64,000 nucleotides of DNA from Phycisphaerales bacterium. Lineage in GTDB: Bacteria; Planctomycetota; Phycisphaerae; SM23-33. The stretch lies in NCBI GenBank assembly GCA_018644725.1, contig JABGPZ010000069.1:19055-83054 (forward strand), written 5' to 3'. A model generated the notes under the pieces. It saw only the letters and a program-made list of their open reading frames with translations. It made no database searches and was not told where the DNA came from. This document shows, piece after piece, positions 11,005 through 20,178 of the stretch (position 1 is the stretch's first letter; each line of letters starts with the position of its first letter). The translations under genes and the position numbers were made by a program.

Positions 11005-11679
11005 ATGGTGTCGAGCGGAACGGTCATTTTGGGCATCGCCGTGGCGGTGGTTGGGACTTGGATGTGGCGTGCTCGAGCGCGCTATCGCCAGCTGTCTCGC
11101 CATGTCGCTACCTTGGCGCATCGTCTGGACGCTACATTGGACCCTCCTGACCGCCGCGGGGTGGAGTTTCGGTTTGGCCAGTCGGTTTTGTTGACGATGG
11201 GGCATGATTGGCGCCTTTCGGAGATGCTCCACGCCCGGCGAGGGGAACATCCGTTTTGGTTTTTCAGGGTGAATCTGGATATGGCGCGGGGGTTGGTGCG
11301 TCAACATCGAGCGTATTGGGCGGTATGGATTGAGTGGTCCGAACGGGATTCCCATTTTTTATTGTGGCATGATTCGGATGTAGCCCAGGCGCCGCTGGTC
11401 GTTCGCGAAAGTCGAACTCGGTGTGGTTCGTGGTGGCTTCGGGGGGATTCCGTTCTCGCCGAGAGCATTGTGACGTGGCTTGAGACGATGGACAATCCGC
11501 CGCATTGCGAGTTCCTTGCGGGGGCGATCTGGCTGTATTGGCCTGCGGACGGGGTGCCTTCGGAGCAGCTCGAAAAGACGTTTGGAGCCTTGGGTGAGCA
11601 GGTCGATTCTCTGGTTTCTCACCTTTCGGAGGAGCCCGCGTGGGGCAGTGAGAAAAAGGAAATGGGATCCGTGCTATAA
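11005..11679 (+). CDS. Hypothetical protein with one N-terminal TM helix
   Basis: ORF with GAGGGAG SD before the ATG at 11005. The track gives an in-frame upstream start at 10966. Trp-rich, no recognisable domain. Confidence 0.45.
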   Translation: MVSSGTVILGIAVAVVGTWMWRARARYRQLSRHVATLAHRLDATLDPPDRRGVEFRFGQSVLLTMGHDWRLSEMLHARRGEHPFWFFRVNLDMARGLVRQHRAYWAVWIEWSERDSHFLLWHDSDVAQAPLVVRESRTRCGSWWLRGDSVLAESIVTWLETMDNPPHCEFLAGAIWLYWPADGVPSEQLEKTFGALGEQVDSLVSHLSEEPAWGSEKKEMGSVL

Positions 11680-11875
11680 ATCCTGTTGTAATGCGGGGTG
11701 GAAACTGGTAGAAATGATGAAATAGAATACCCTGAAATCGCTACAATCGATTGATTCTTCAAGACCTGTGCGTCGTTCGTGCTGGTGGGGAAGATTCTTG
11801 GCGAGTTGGGGTCGATACGACGAACCGTTTTGGACGAGTACGCGCTGGATGGGATCCGGCGGCTTGTTTGAGGCG

Positions 11876-13468
11876 ATGCCTCTAACCAGACTCAGGAGAC
11901 GTGTGGTGAAAACGAAACTCTGGATGACGTTGATGGTCTTTTCGGTGATGGCAGGGGTGTTGGCTGGCTGCAGCGACGCGCCCGGCAAGGCCGCTGGTAA
12001 GACAATGTACAAGGCCGTGAATCAGGCTTCGGTTCAGCTCCGCTCCGTGCAGGGGTTGATCGACAATCCTCCGCCCACGACCAAGGAAACCAAGGTCGAG
12101 TTCGGCAAGAACCTCGCGGCGCTGGCGGCGTTGGACAAGATTGAGAGCGATCTCAAGGCGGTCCTCAAGGCCGAGTATACCGACAAAAAGTCCAATGAAG
12201 ACCCCGACGCGACCTCCGAAGTGGATGCGGCGTTGGTGCGTCGGGCACTGGGCGGGGTCTATTCCAAGCGTGGACAGTTTTACCTCCGTCAAATGGAAAA
12301 CGAACGAGCCGAATTGTACAGCTCGCAGAGCGGCGTGCAGGATCTCATTTCTTCTTTGCTCAGCCATGGTACGGCCTTGACTCTTGCCTCAACGAGCGTG
12401 TCGCAGATCAAAGACGAGTCCGCCTCGCTGCGGCGTGATGCAACGGCCCAACGGGCCCGCGCCGAAAAGGCCATTGCCGATGCTCAGGATGCCATCGTGG
12501 TCATTCGCGCCGAAATCAAATCCCTCAACGACAAAGCCGCCGTGGTCATGGCCGCAGCCGCGCAGGCGCGTATGAAAAGCCGGGAGGCCAACAATCGCGA
12601 TGCCCAGCTTACGCTACGCCAAGCGCAGGCCCTTGACGCCAAGGCCGCAGGGTTTGCGTTTGATGCCGAGAAAAAACAGGCCACTCTTCTCGTCCAGCGT
12701 TCCTTGATTCAATCCGAACAGTTGAAGGTGACAGCTTCCAAAAAAATCATCGCGACCGCGGCGAAAATGAAGGCCAACCGTGCTTCGAGCATCAAGTCCC
12801 TCGAGGACAATGCAACCTCCGCCAAGGCCGACATTGCGACCTACAACGCGATCTGTTCCAAAGCGCTGGCCAAGAGCGACACTCACTTGGCCAACGTGCA
12901 GACCCTCGCCGAAAAAGCCATTGCCGCCTATACCCAAAGCGCGGATTGGTTCGAAAAGGCCGTAGACAAAACATGGAAAAAAGACCAGGCTCAAGTTCTT
13001 CACGAACAAGCAGATTCGCTGGCCTATGTCGCCGCGGTCCAGGCCGAGCTGTTCAGTGTCCGCAAGTGCATCGAGATGGTCAACCAGCAGCTCGACACCA
13101 CATGGACAACCATGGGCTCCAGTGCGCCGGTTCGCCCCCAAGCCCCCAAGGCAACGGCCTTCCTTGCCGCGACCGCGAAGCAGGACCAGACCGTGGACAC
13201 CGCCTATGCTGCGGCCATTGTGCAGTATAAGGAAGCGGCCGAACCCGCTCGCTGTGGCGAAAGTCGCGAGTGGGCCTTTAAGGCGACCCTTGCAGGGGCC
13301 TATCTGGACTACGCAGCCACACTCAAGACGATGGACAATGCTCCCAAAGCCACCGAACAGACTCAGGCCGCGAAGGCCCTTTGGGGAACGATCCAAAGTG
13401 GTGCGGAAGTCGCGGGGCGTCTGGCTTCGATTCAGAGCCTTCAAAAACGCCTTGGGATGACGGAATAG
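11876..13468 (+). CDS. Ala-rich coiled-coil lipoprotein, hypothetical
   Basis: Lipobox VLAGC after a hydrophobic signal, then long Ala/Lys/Gln-rich predicted coiled coil. Start is uncertain (11768, 11876 or 11924 in frame). Confidence 0.5.
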   Translation: MPLTRLRRRVVKTKLWMTLMVFSVMAGVLAGCSDAPGKAAGKTMYKAVNQASVQLRSVQGLIDNPPPTTKETKVEFGKNLAALAALDKIESDLKAVLKAEYTDKKSNEDPDATSEVDAALVRRALGGVYSKRGQFYLRQMENERAELYSSQSGVQDLISSLLSHGTALTLASTSVSQIKDESASLRRDATAQRARAEKAIADAQDAIVVIRAEIKSLNDKAAVVMAAAAQARMKSREANNRDAQLTLRQAQALDAKAAGFAFDAEKKQATLLVQRSLIQSEQLKVTASKKIIATAAKMKANRASSIKSLEDNATSAKADIATYNAICSKALAKSDTHLANVQTLAEKAIAAYTQSADWFEKAVDKTWKKDQAQVLHEQADSLAYVAAVQAELFSVRKCIEMVNQQLDTTWTTMGSSAPVRPQAPKATAFLAATAKQDQTVDTAYAAAIVQYKEAAEPARCGESREWAFKATLAGAYLDYAATLKTMDNAPKATEQTQAAKALWGTIQSGAEVAGRLASIQSLQKRLGMTE

Positions 13469-13545
13469 CCCTCGTTCGCGAGATGAGAACTTGGATGGGT
13501 TCTTGGAGTCTCCGAATGATTTACCGTTGAAATACGAGGACACAT

Positions 13546-14439
13546 ATGAAGATCTTGATTGTTGAAGACAATGTAGCGGCTCGGAAGCTGTTTGTGTCAG
13601 CGACGCGCAAACTGGGTCACGAAGTGGAATCCGCAGAAGATGGGATTCGGGCCTGGGAGATGGTTCAGGCGTATCAGCCTGACCTGGTGATCAGTGACAT
13701 TGAGATGCCCGGCATGGACGGTCTGCAGCTGTTGCGGCTGATTCAGGAGTCCAATCGCGAAACCATTGTCATGATCGTGACGGGCTATGGCAGTGAGCAA
13801 TATGTCAAGCAGGCCCTGCGCGACGGGGCGAGCAACTTCCTCTCCAAGCCCGTTCGCTTTGCAGAGCTGGAGTTCTGGCTTTCGGAATATCAACGCATTG
13901 TCGAACAGCGCGCCCAGCACGGTCAGGTCACCATCGATACGGGGGATCGGACCTATCTGCGTACCTTTGAGAATTACTACAAGCTCGTGCCGCAATATGC
14001 GGACGTGTTGCTGAGTGAGGTCGGCGAGCGCCTGGACAATACGCAAAAGCTGTCTGTGCGTCTGGGACTGGTCGAGCTGATTATGAATTCCATTGAGCAC
14101 GGCAATCTCGGAATCACCCAACAGGAAAAATCGGATGCGCTGAACGCCAATCGCCTCGCCGAATTGTACGAGCAGCGATTGCTGGACCCCAATCGGTTCC
14201 GTCGGGTTGTGACGGTTCATTGCAGCTATCTTCGGGATCACTGCGAATGGCTGATCTGTGACGAGGGCGAAGGGTTTGACTTCACGGCCGTGCCCGACCC
14301 CCTCAAGGCCATGGAGACGGGCGAATTCGCGTTCAATGGACGTGGGATTTTCCTCAGCCGGTTCCAGTTCGACGAAATGGAATATCTCGGCAGTGGCAAT
14401 CGTGTCCGCGTTCGCAAAAACATACTCTCTTCGGAATAA
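13546..14439 (+). CDS. Response regulator receiver domain fused to GHKL (RsbW/SpoIIAB-like, HATPase_c_2) ATPase domain
   Basis: Receiver: MKILIVEDN...DLVISDIEMPGMDG...SKP. C-terminal: LVELIMNSIEHGN...ICDEGEGFDF...GRGIFLSRF, matching the anti-sigma-factor-type kinase fold. GAGGA SD. Confidence 0.75.
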   Translation: MKILIVEDNVAARKLFVSATRKLGHEVESAEDGIRAWEMVQAYQPDLVISDIEMPGMDGLQLLRLIQESNRETIVMIVTGYGSEQYVKQALRDGASNFLSKPVRFAELEFWLSEYQRIVEQRAQHGQVTIDTGDRTYLRTFENYYKLVPQYADVLLSEVGERLDNTQKLSVRLGLVELIMNSIEHGNLGITQQEKSDALNANRLAELYEQRLLDPNRFRRVVTVHCSYLRDHCEWLICDEGEGFDFTAVPDPLKAMETGEFAFNGRGIFLSRFQFDEMEYLGSGNRVRVRKNILSSE

Positions 14440-14450
14440 CAGGCTCTACG

Positions 14451-15509
14451 ATGCACCCAACTTCACGCTCCCAACTTGGCGATTCCGCTTCGCCGCCACT
14501 TCGTATGTTGTTTTGGGAGACGACGGCACGATGCAATCTTGCGTGTAGCCATTGCCGCCGCCTCGATTTGGAGGCGACCCGTGACGAGTTGACCACCGAC
14601 GAAGCCAAGGCCCTGTTCCGCTCGGCCAAGAATCTCGGCGATCCGGTGGTGGTGTTCTCGGGCGGCGAACCGCTCCAGAGGCCGGACTGGGAACCGTTGG
14701 CCCACTATGCCCATCACGATTTGGGATTGACCATTGCGATGGCGACCAACGGGACACTCGTCGACGCGCAGATCGCCCGGAAGATCGCCGATGCCGGATT
14801 CCGCCGCGTCTCGATCAGTATCGACGGTGCCGATGCCGCGACCCACGATGCCTTTCGCAACCAGGTCGGCGCATTTGATGCCGCGCTCGCGGGTGCCAAA
14901 CACCTTCAGGACGTCGATATCCCTGTGCAGTTCAACGCGACGGTAACGACTCACAACGTCGATCAGCTCGACTCGCTCTATCGCTTTGTGATCGACAAGG
15001 GCGCGGTGGCGTTGCATCTGTTCTTGCTCGTGCCGGTGGGGTGCGGTGTGGAAATTGCCGAGACACAGCAAATCTCCTCCGAGCGCTACGAGCAGGTCCT
15101 TCAGTGGGTCTGCGACCGCCAGCTCGAAAACGAGATTGAATTGCGTGTGACGTGCGGCCCGCACTACTATCGCGTCGCCGCCCAGCGCGGGATCCCCGCC
15201 CAGCGAGGCCGTGGGTGTCTGTGTGGGATCAGCGTGGTCTTCGTCTCGCATCGTGGCGAGGTGTTCCCGTGCGGCTATTTTCCGCTGGACTGTGGGAATG
15301 TGCGAACGACGCCGCTGGACGAAATTTGGCGGACCAACGAGCATTTTTCTTCGCTGCGGGACTATGATCTTCTCGAAGGCCAGTGCGGCCGGTGTGGCTG
15401 GAAAAAAACGTGCGGCGGGTGTCGCGCGCGCGCCTATGCCGCCACGGGCAACTATCTCTCCGAAGAGCCATTCTGCGTGCTCACGGACAACAAGGGCAAC
15501 GCAAAATGA
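14451..15509 (+). CDS. Radical SAM / SPASM-domain protein, AhbD/NirJ/PqqE-like
   Basis: CX3CX2C motif TTARCNLACSHCRR about 25 aa from the N-terminus, so there is no RRE-type leader-binding domain. C-terminal Cys cluster CGRCGWKKTCGGCRARAY (SPASM/twitch). The CNLxCxHC form with a His favours AhbC/AhbD/NirJ over the anaerobic sulfatase maturase. Confidence 0.7.
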   Translation: MHPTSRSQLGDSASPPLRMLFWETTARCNLACSHCRRLDLEATRDELTTDEAKALFRSAKNLGDPVVVFSGGEPLQRPDWEPLAHYAHHDLGLTIAMATNGTLVDAQIARKIADAGFRRVSISIDGADAATHDAFRNQVGAFDAALAGAKHLQDVDIPVQFNATVTTHNVDQLDSLYRFVIDKGAVALHLFLLVPVGCGVEIAETQQISSERYEQVLQWVCDRQLENEIELRVTCGPHYYRVAAQRGIPAQRGRGCLCGISVVFVSHRGEVFPCGYFPLDCGNVRTTPLDEIWRTNEHFSSLRDYDLLEGQCGRCGWKKTCGGCRARAYAATGNYLSEEPFCVLTDNKGNAK

Positions 15510-15826
15510 CCGAGCATCTTCCGAAATATTTCGAGGCCGTCATGCTGGTCTGCTTTGGGCTCGGTTGGCCGATCTCCATCCTCAAAAGCTGGCGAACCAA
15601 ATATGTCCGCGGCAAAAGTGTGGGCTTTATGCTCATCATTTCCATGGGCTATCTCGCCGGAATCGCGTCTAAACTCTGTGATACCCACTTGCTCGACAAC
15701 GAATTTAACCATGTGACGTGGTTGTATGTGTTGAATTTGCTCTTTGTGCTGACTGACCTGGGGCTGTATTATTGCTATCGTAACAATCACGAGCCGCCCG
15801 AGGTGGGGAAAACGCCATCAGCGTAA
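15506..15826 (+). CDS. Small 3-TM membrane protein, PQ-loop/SemiSWEET-like
   Basis: ATGA overlap with the rSAM stop indicates translational coupling. The motif WPISILKSWRTKYVRGKSVGF resembles the PQ-loop pattern (PQIxKNYRTKSTEGLS). 106 aa with three hydrophobic helices. Confidence 0.5.
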   Translation: MTEHLPKYFEAVMLVCFGLGWPISILKSWRTKYVRGKSVGFMLIISMGYLAGIASKLCDTHLLDNEFNHVTWLYVLNLLFVLTDLGLYYCYRNNHEPPEVGKTPSA

Positions 15827-15938
15827 CTCCTTTTCGGAAAGGCGCGTACAGAAAGTAGAACAAAACCATCGGTTTCCTGTTGCAGGACACAGTGGTTTCG
15901 ATACAATGAAGGGCCACTTTTACAAAGGAGAACGGATC

Positions 15939-17765
15939 ATGAAACAACGTATCACATTAGGGATTATGACAATGGTACTGGTCGCCGGAGCATTTCTGGT
16001 GGCACAACCCGCTATACCGACCCCCAAGGCCTATCCCGAGGCCCCGGACATTCTGAAGCACATCCCCTCGGATGTGGCTGGGTTTGTCGTCGCGCCGAAC
16101 CTCAAAGGGACGGGCACGCAATTCCAGCAGTTCATCGTCTCGTCGGGCTTGAATATGATTGTGGCCCAACAGATGCCTGGCACTCTCGACGCGATGGCTG
16201 CGATGACACTGCAAATGGGCGAAGGCTTTAACGTCAACGGCGGCATTGCGATGTTGATTCCCAATCCCAAAGCCAAGGGCTGTGAACTGACCCTCAAGAG
16301 CGAGCCGCCGATGGTCGCACTGGTCGCTGCCGCCCAGGGCGCAAGCATGGCCGACACCTTCAACACCGTCACCAAAGAAGGCGCCGAATCGATGGTCACC
16401 TGGGGCCCCGAGCAAAAGGCGACCTACTGCCGCAAAGTCGGGAACTATTTCGCGCTGGCAGACAAAATCGAATACCTCGACGCGGTTCTCAAAAGCACCG
16501 CCAAGCCCATCACCCTGACCGACGGCCACAAGCGTTGCTATGAAGGCTGCGGCGCGTTCGTGTATGTGGGTGAGTCGATGGTGCCGATCCTGCGCAAAGC
16601 GACGACCCCCGAGCCCGGCCAGGCTGGCCGGATGATGGCAGCCAATCCCGCTACCGTGTTCAGCGGCCTGTGGGGCGAAGAAGTCAAAGCGTTTTCTGTG
16701 GGTGTCCGCATGGGCACCGAAGGCGTGATCTTTGATCTGGCCCAGGAATTCAAGCCCGGCACCGCCCAGGCGAAGATGGCGAAGATGACCAAACCCGTGT
16801 CCACCTCGTTGGTGGCTGGCCTGCCGAGCATGCCGTACGGGATTGTTGTTGGCGGCGTGATGCCTACGGGCCTCGATACGATTGCCGCGAAGGTGGCCGA
16901 CTCGGCCCTCGCCGAAATCACCACGACGCTTACCATGTTGGATATGAAACTCCCCGTGCAAATGCAGGACGACGTCAAGAACCTGTTTGTCAAATCCATC
17001 AGCGAAATCAAGGGAGTCCGCATGGTCATGGGTTCGGGCGGCGAAAGCAGTGAACTGGCGATGGGCTTTGTGATCGACTGCAAAGATTCCGCCAAGCTTC
17101 GCGCGCTGTTGCCCCAGCAGACCCAACTGATAAACGACTTCTTCAATAAGGTCGTTACCGCCAAGTTCCTAGCCGAAGGAGATACCGACAGCGTCGAGGA
17201 ACTTAAAAAGTTCAGCGTAGTGTGCTTGCCCAAGGCACTCCCGACCACCACGGGTACCGCCGACGTGTTGCGATTCAGCCACCCCGACCTCGCGAAGGCT
17301 CTCAAGGACGAATCCGAGATGTTCGACTTGCTCCTCGGGCAGGACCAGATTGAAGTGTATATCACCGAGCGCGGCCAGGACCAGCTCGTCATCAGCTTTG
17401 GTGGCGGCGAAGGGTTCCTCGAAACGCTTCTCGCGAAACCCGTGCTCGACTGCGGCGCGGATGCCGATATCGCCGTGGCCCGCAAGATTCTCGGTAAAAA
17501 TCTCACCGCGGAAGGCTATATCAGCGCCAAGAACATCATGACGATCGTCGACTCGATCACGACCAAGACCGGTAACCCGATTCCCATTACGGCCGCGCAG
17601 TTCACCTGCACCACGCCCGTCGCGTTCGGCAGCACCGTCATTGGGAGCTCCGCCGTTCACCGTTTCTACATTCCTGCTGGCCTTGTCAAAGATGGCATGA
17701 ACATCTTCATGGGCATGATGATGGGCCCCATGGGTCCGGACTCTGGTCCTGACGAAGAATTCTAG
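15939..17765 (+). CDS. Secreted hypothetical protein (~609 aa)
   Basis: AAGGAGAA SD before the ATG at 15939. Signal peptide MKQRITLGIMTMVLVAGAFLVAQPA. Putative promoter TTGCAG-16-TACAAT at 15879-15906. Met/Gly-rich C-terminus. No recognised domain. Confidence 0.55.
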   Translation: MKQRITLGIMTMVLVAGAFLVAQPAIPTPKAYPEAPDILKHIPSDVAGFVVAPNLKGTGTQFQQFIVSSGLNMIVAQQMPGTLDAMAAMTLQMGEGFNVNGGIAMLIPNPKAKGCELTLKSEPPMVALVAAAQGASMADTFNTVTKEGAESMVTWGPEQKATYCRKVGNYFALADKIEYLDAVLKSTAKPITLTDGHKRCYEGCGAFVYVGESMVPILRKATTPEPGQAGRMMAANPATVFSGLWGEEVKAFSVGVRMGTEGVIFDLAQEFKPGTAQAKMAKMTKPVSTSLVAGLPSMPYGIVVGGVMPTGLDTIAAKVADSALAEITTTLTMLDMKLPVQMQDDVKNLFVKSISEIKGVRMVMGSGGESSELAMGFVIDCKDSAKLRALLPQQTQLINDFFNKVVTAKFLAEGDTDSVEELKKFSVVCLPKALPTTTGTADVLRFSHPDLAKALKDESEMFDLLLGQDQIEVYITERGQDQLVISFGGGEGFLETLLAKPVLDCGADADIAVARKILGKNLTAEGYISAKNIMTIVDSITTKTGNPIPITAAQFTCTTPVAFGSTVIGSSAVHRFYIPAGLVKDGMNIFMGMMMGPMGPDSGPDEEF

Positions 17766-17786
17766 AGCACGGAAAGACAGACAAAT

Positions 17787-17824
17787 TAAAAAAGACGAGT
17801 CGCATTTGCGGCTCGTCTTTTTTA
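17787..17824. terminator. Bidirectional rho-independent terminator between convergent genes
   Basis: AAAAGACGAGTCGC-attt-GCGGCTCGTCTTTTTT, A-run and T-run flanked. Confidence 0.65.
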
Positions 17825-17838
17825 TGGGGTGGGTACGA

Positions 17839-19134
17839 TCAGGAGAACGACGCGGGATAGCGGCGCGGGAAGGGCTTGTGGCCCTGATAGGTTCGCGCGA
17901 GTTCCATGAAGATTTCCAGGTCGCGTTCGAGGGTGGAGCTGGAGGCGTCGAAGTAAAAATTCCGGATGGGCATGTTGGCGTGGTCGGCCGAGAGGTCCGG
18001 GTAGATCGCCTCGGTGATGATGCCGTTCATGCAGCCAAACGGGCTGATGTCAATGATGCCGTCGGCCCCTTTGGTGTGCAGGTAGGCTGCCTTGCCGGCC
18101 GAGAGGACCATCTCGCCAATGCATCCGCGGGCGGGGAGATAGGTCTCGGCGGGCTCAAGAATTTCGCGGGCGATGTCGTGGGGTTCTTCATAGCCAGCAA
18201 AGTCGTCCGCGAACGGAGCGAGCAGTGCATGTTCGTCGCGACGTTGGAGGGCGTGTTTGAGTTTCGTGCCAAACATCCGAAGGGAGAATCGTTTGCCGCG
18301 TCGGCGAAGGTTGCGTTCGGCGCCCCAGTTGGTGTACCAGACCCATTCGGTGATGTCGCTCAGCCAGCATTCGCCGCCGGCCGCTTCGATGGTCCGGCAG
18401 GCGTCGTGGTTGGAGAAGGCGTTGAGTCGGCAGAAAATTTCTCCCACGACGCCGATCAGCGGCTTTCCTTTTTGATAGTTGGCTGGGACCGCGCGAAACA
18501 GATCGCGGCATCCTTCGAGGGTGTCCACCATCGCACGGAGTTGCTGTTTGGGCGAGCGAGATTCGGCCTCGAGCGCCGCTTCCATACGGTGGAGCGATTC
18601 TTCGAAGGCTTTGTCGGCGCGGCCTGGTTCGGTTTCGTAGGGGCGCGTCTTGAGGAGCATCTTGCGGAGAATGTCGCCAGAGACAATCCCGCGCCAGAGC
18701 ATTCGCACCATCGTCAGCGGACTGGTGGTCGAGGCCTCGCCGAAGGCATCGTACCCGTCCTTGCTGGAGGGCGAAAGGATGGGGATATCGTGGTGGCCCA
18801 GTTCTTCCAGGCGGGTGCGCAGGTAGTGGGAATATTGCCCGAAGCGGCAAGGGCCTTCGGCGGTGGGCATCATGAATGCGGTGGTCTCGGGGGAGTGGGT
18901 TTCGAGGACCGAGAGAAAATCGCCGAGGGTGATTTGTGTGGGGTAGCACTCTTCGCCGCCGGTGTGGAGCAGGCCGAGTTCCATCGCGCGGGGCGTGGTG
19001 ATTTCGCAGGCGCGCGAGTCGATGCCGCAGCCGCGGAACACAGCAGCGAACAGTCGCGCGGCCGAGTGGCTCATGCGCGGAATCCAGAGGGTGCGGCCGG
19101 TCAGGGTGGATGGGGTCGAGGGCATGGCCGACAT
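17839..19134 (-). CDS. 2-hydroxyacyl-CoA dehydratase D-component-like (HGD-D / YjiM-like) Cys-rich protein
   Basis: Conserved Cys contexts (EGPCRFGQY, GEIFCRLNAF, SPFGCMNG) and overall composition are reminiscent of the HGD-D family. The start is taken at MSAMPST (19134), forming an ATG..TAG junction with the upstream MoxR. The track's 19308 start would overlap MoxR. Confidence 0.4.
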   Translation of the reverse strand: MSAMPSTPSTLTGRTLWIPRMSHSAARLFAAVFRGCGIDSRACEITTPRAMELGLLHTGGEECYPTQITLGDFLSVLETHSPETTAFMMPTAEGPCRFGQYSHYLRTRLEELGHHDIPILSPSSKDGYDAFGEASTTSPLTMVRMLWRGIVSGDILRKMLLKTRPYETEPGRADKAFEESLHRMEAALEAESRSPKQQLRAMVDTLEGCRDLFRAVPANYQKGKPLIGVVGEIFCRLNAFSNHDACRTIEAAGGECWLSDITEWVWYTNWGAERNLRRRGKRFSLRMFGTKLKHALQRRDEHALLAPFADDFAGYEEPHDIAREILEPAETYLPARGCIGEMVLSAGKAAYLHTKGADGIIDISPFGCMNGIITEAIYPDLSADHANMPIRNFYFDASSSTLERDLEIFMELARTYQGHKPFPRRYPASFS

Positions 19135-19166
19135 GATACTCAAAACGGGCCCGAAGGGCAAGCGGA

Positions 19167-20144
19167 CTAGAGGGCGCCCAGCGCGGCGAGGGCTTCGGTG
19201 ATCAGGGCATCGGGGGCGAAGCGTTTGGCGTGGGCTTCGAAATTCAGCACCAGTCGGTGGCGCAGTGCGGCCGGGGCGGCGGCATGGACATCGCGCATCG
19301 CCACGCACGGGCGAGCGTCGCAGGCGGCGCGATATTTCGCGGCGAGCAAGATCGCCTGAGCGCCGCGCGGGCTGGGGCCGAATCGCACAAACCGTTTGGT
19401 GTTGTCGGAGGCGTTGGCCGAGGCGGGATGAAGGGAGTCGACGAGTTGGGCGACGGTGTCGAGGATGTTCGAGGCGGCCTGGATTTCGCGCACGAATTGC
19501 TGGAGTTCGAGAATTCTCTGGGGCGTGAGAATGGCCTGGGGCGTGGGGGTCTCGCTGGAGGTGGTGCGGCGAAGAATTTCGGCGATCGCATCGGGTGTGG
19601 GCGAGGGGACCAGGATTTTCAGCCCGAAGCGGTCAAGCTGGGCCTCGGGCAGGGGGTAGGTGCCTTCGAGTTCGATAGGGTTTTGCGTCGCGAACACGCA
19701 GAATGGTTCGGGCAGGGGGTGAGACGTATTGGCGATGGAGACCGTGCGCTCGGACATGGCTTCGAGGATGGCCGACTGGGTTTTGGGCGTGGCGCGATTG
19801 ATTTCGTCCGCCAGCACGAGATGGGAAAACAGCGGGCCTTGTTGGAAGCGGAATGCGCCGGAGTTGGCGTCGTAGAGATTCGTCCCCGTGATGTCGGCGG
19901 GCATCAGGTCGGGGGTGAACTGGATGCGTTTGGAATCCAGGCCGCCCGCCGTCGCCAGCGTGCGCACCAGAAGCGTTTTGCCGAGGCCCGGGTTGCCCTC
20001 GATCAGCGCGTGTGAGCCCGTCAGCAGGCAGGACAGGATGTCGTCGATCACGGAATCGAGACCGACGAGGACCGTTGCGAGTTCATCGCCGAGGCGTTTG
20101 CGGTCGGCAGCGAAGGCGTCGAGTTGGGCTTGGGCATCGCTCAC
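19167..20144 (-). CDS. MoxR-family AAA+ ATPase
   Basis: Walker A GNPGLGKT, Walker B LVLADEINRA, sensor region TQNPIELEGTYPLPEAQLDRF. The track's TTG start at 20234 overlaps the thioesterase gene, so the GTG at 20144 is preferred. Start is uncertain. Confidence 0.75.
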   Translation of the reverse strand: MSDAQAQLDAFAADRKRLGDELATVLVGLDSVIDDILSCLLTGSHALIEGNPGLGKTLLVRTLATAGGLDSKRIQFTPDLMPADITGTNLYDANSGAFRFQQGPLFSHLVLADEINRATPKTQSAILEAMSERTVSIANTSHPLPEPFCVFATQNPIELEGTYPLPEAQLDRFGLKILVPSPTPDAIAEILRRTTSSETPTPQAILTPQRILELQQFVREIQAASNILDTVAQLVDSLHPASANASDNTKRFVRFGPSPRGAQAILLAAKYRAACDARPCVAMRDVHAAAPAALRHRLVLNFEAHAKRFAPDALITEALAALGAL

Positions 20145-20178
20145 TTGGATGGGGTTCTTTCGGTAGTGACGAGGTCGG

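Noticed and set aside
19134-19308. Longer N-terminus (start 19308) for the HGD-D-like protein and TTG start (20234) for MoxR
   Set aside because: Both would overlap the upstream genes by 50-140 nt and encode Arg/Pro-rich low-complexity sequence. The internal starts give compact operon spacing.
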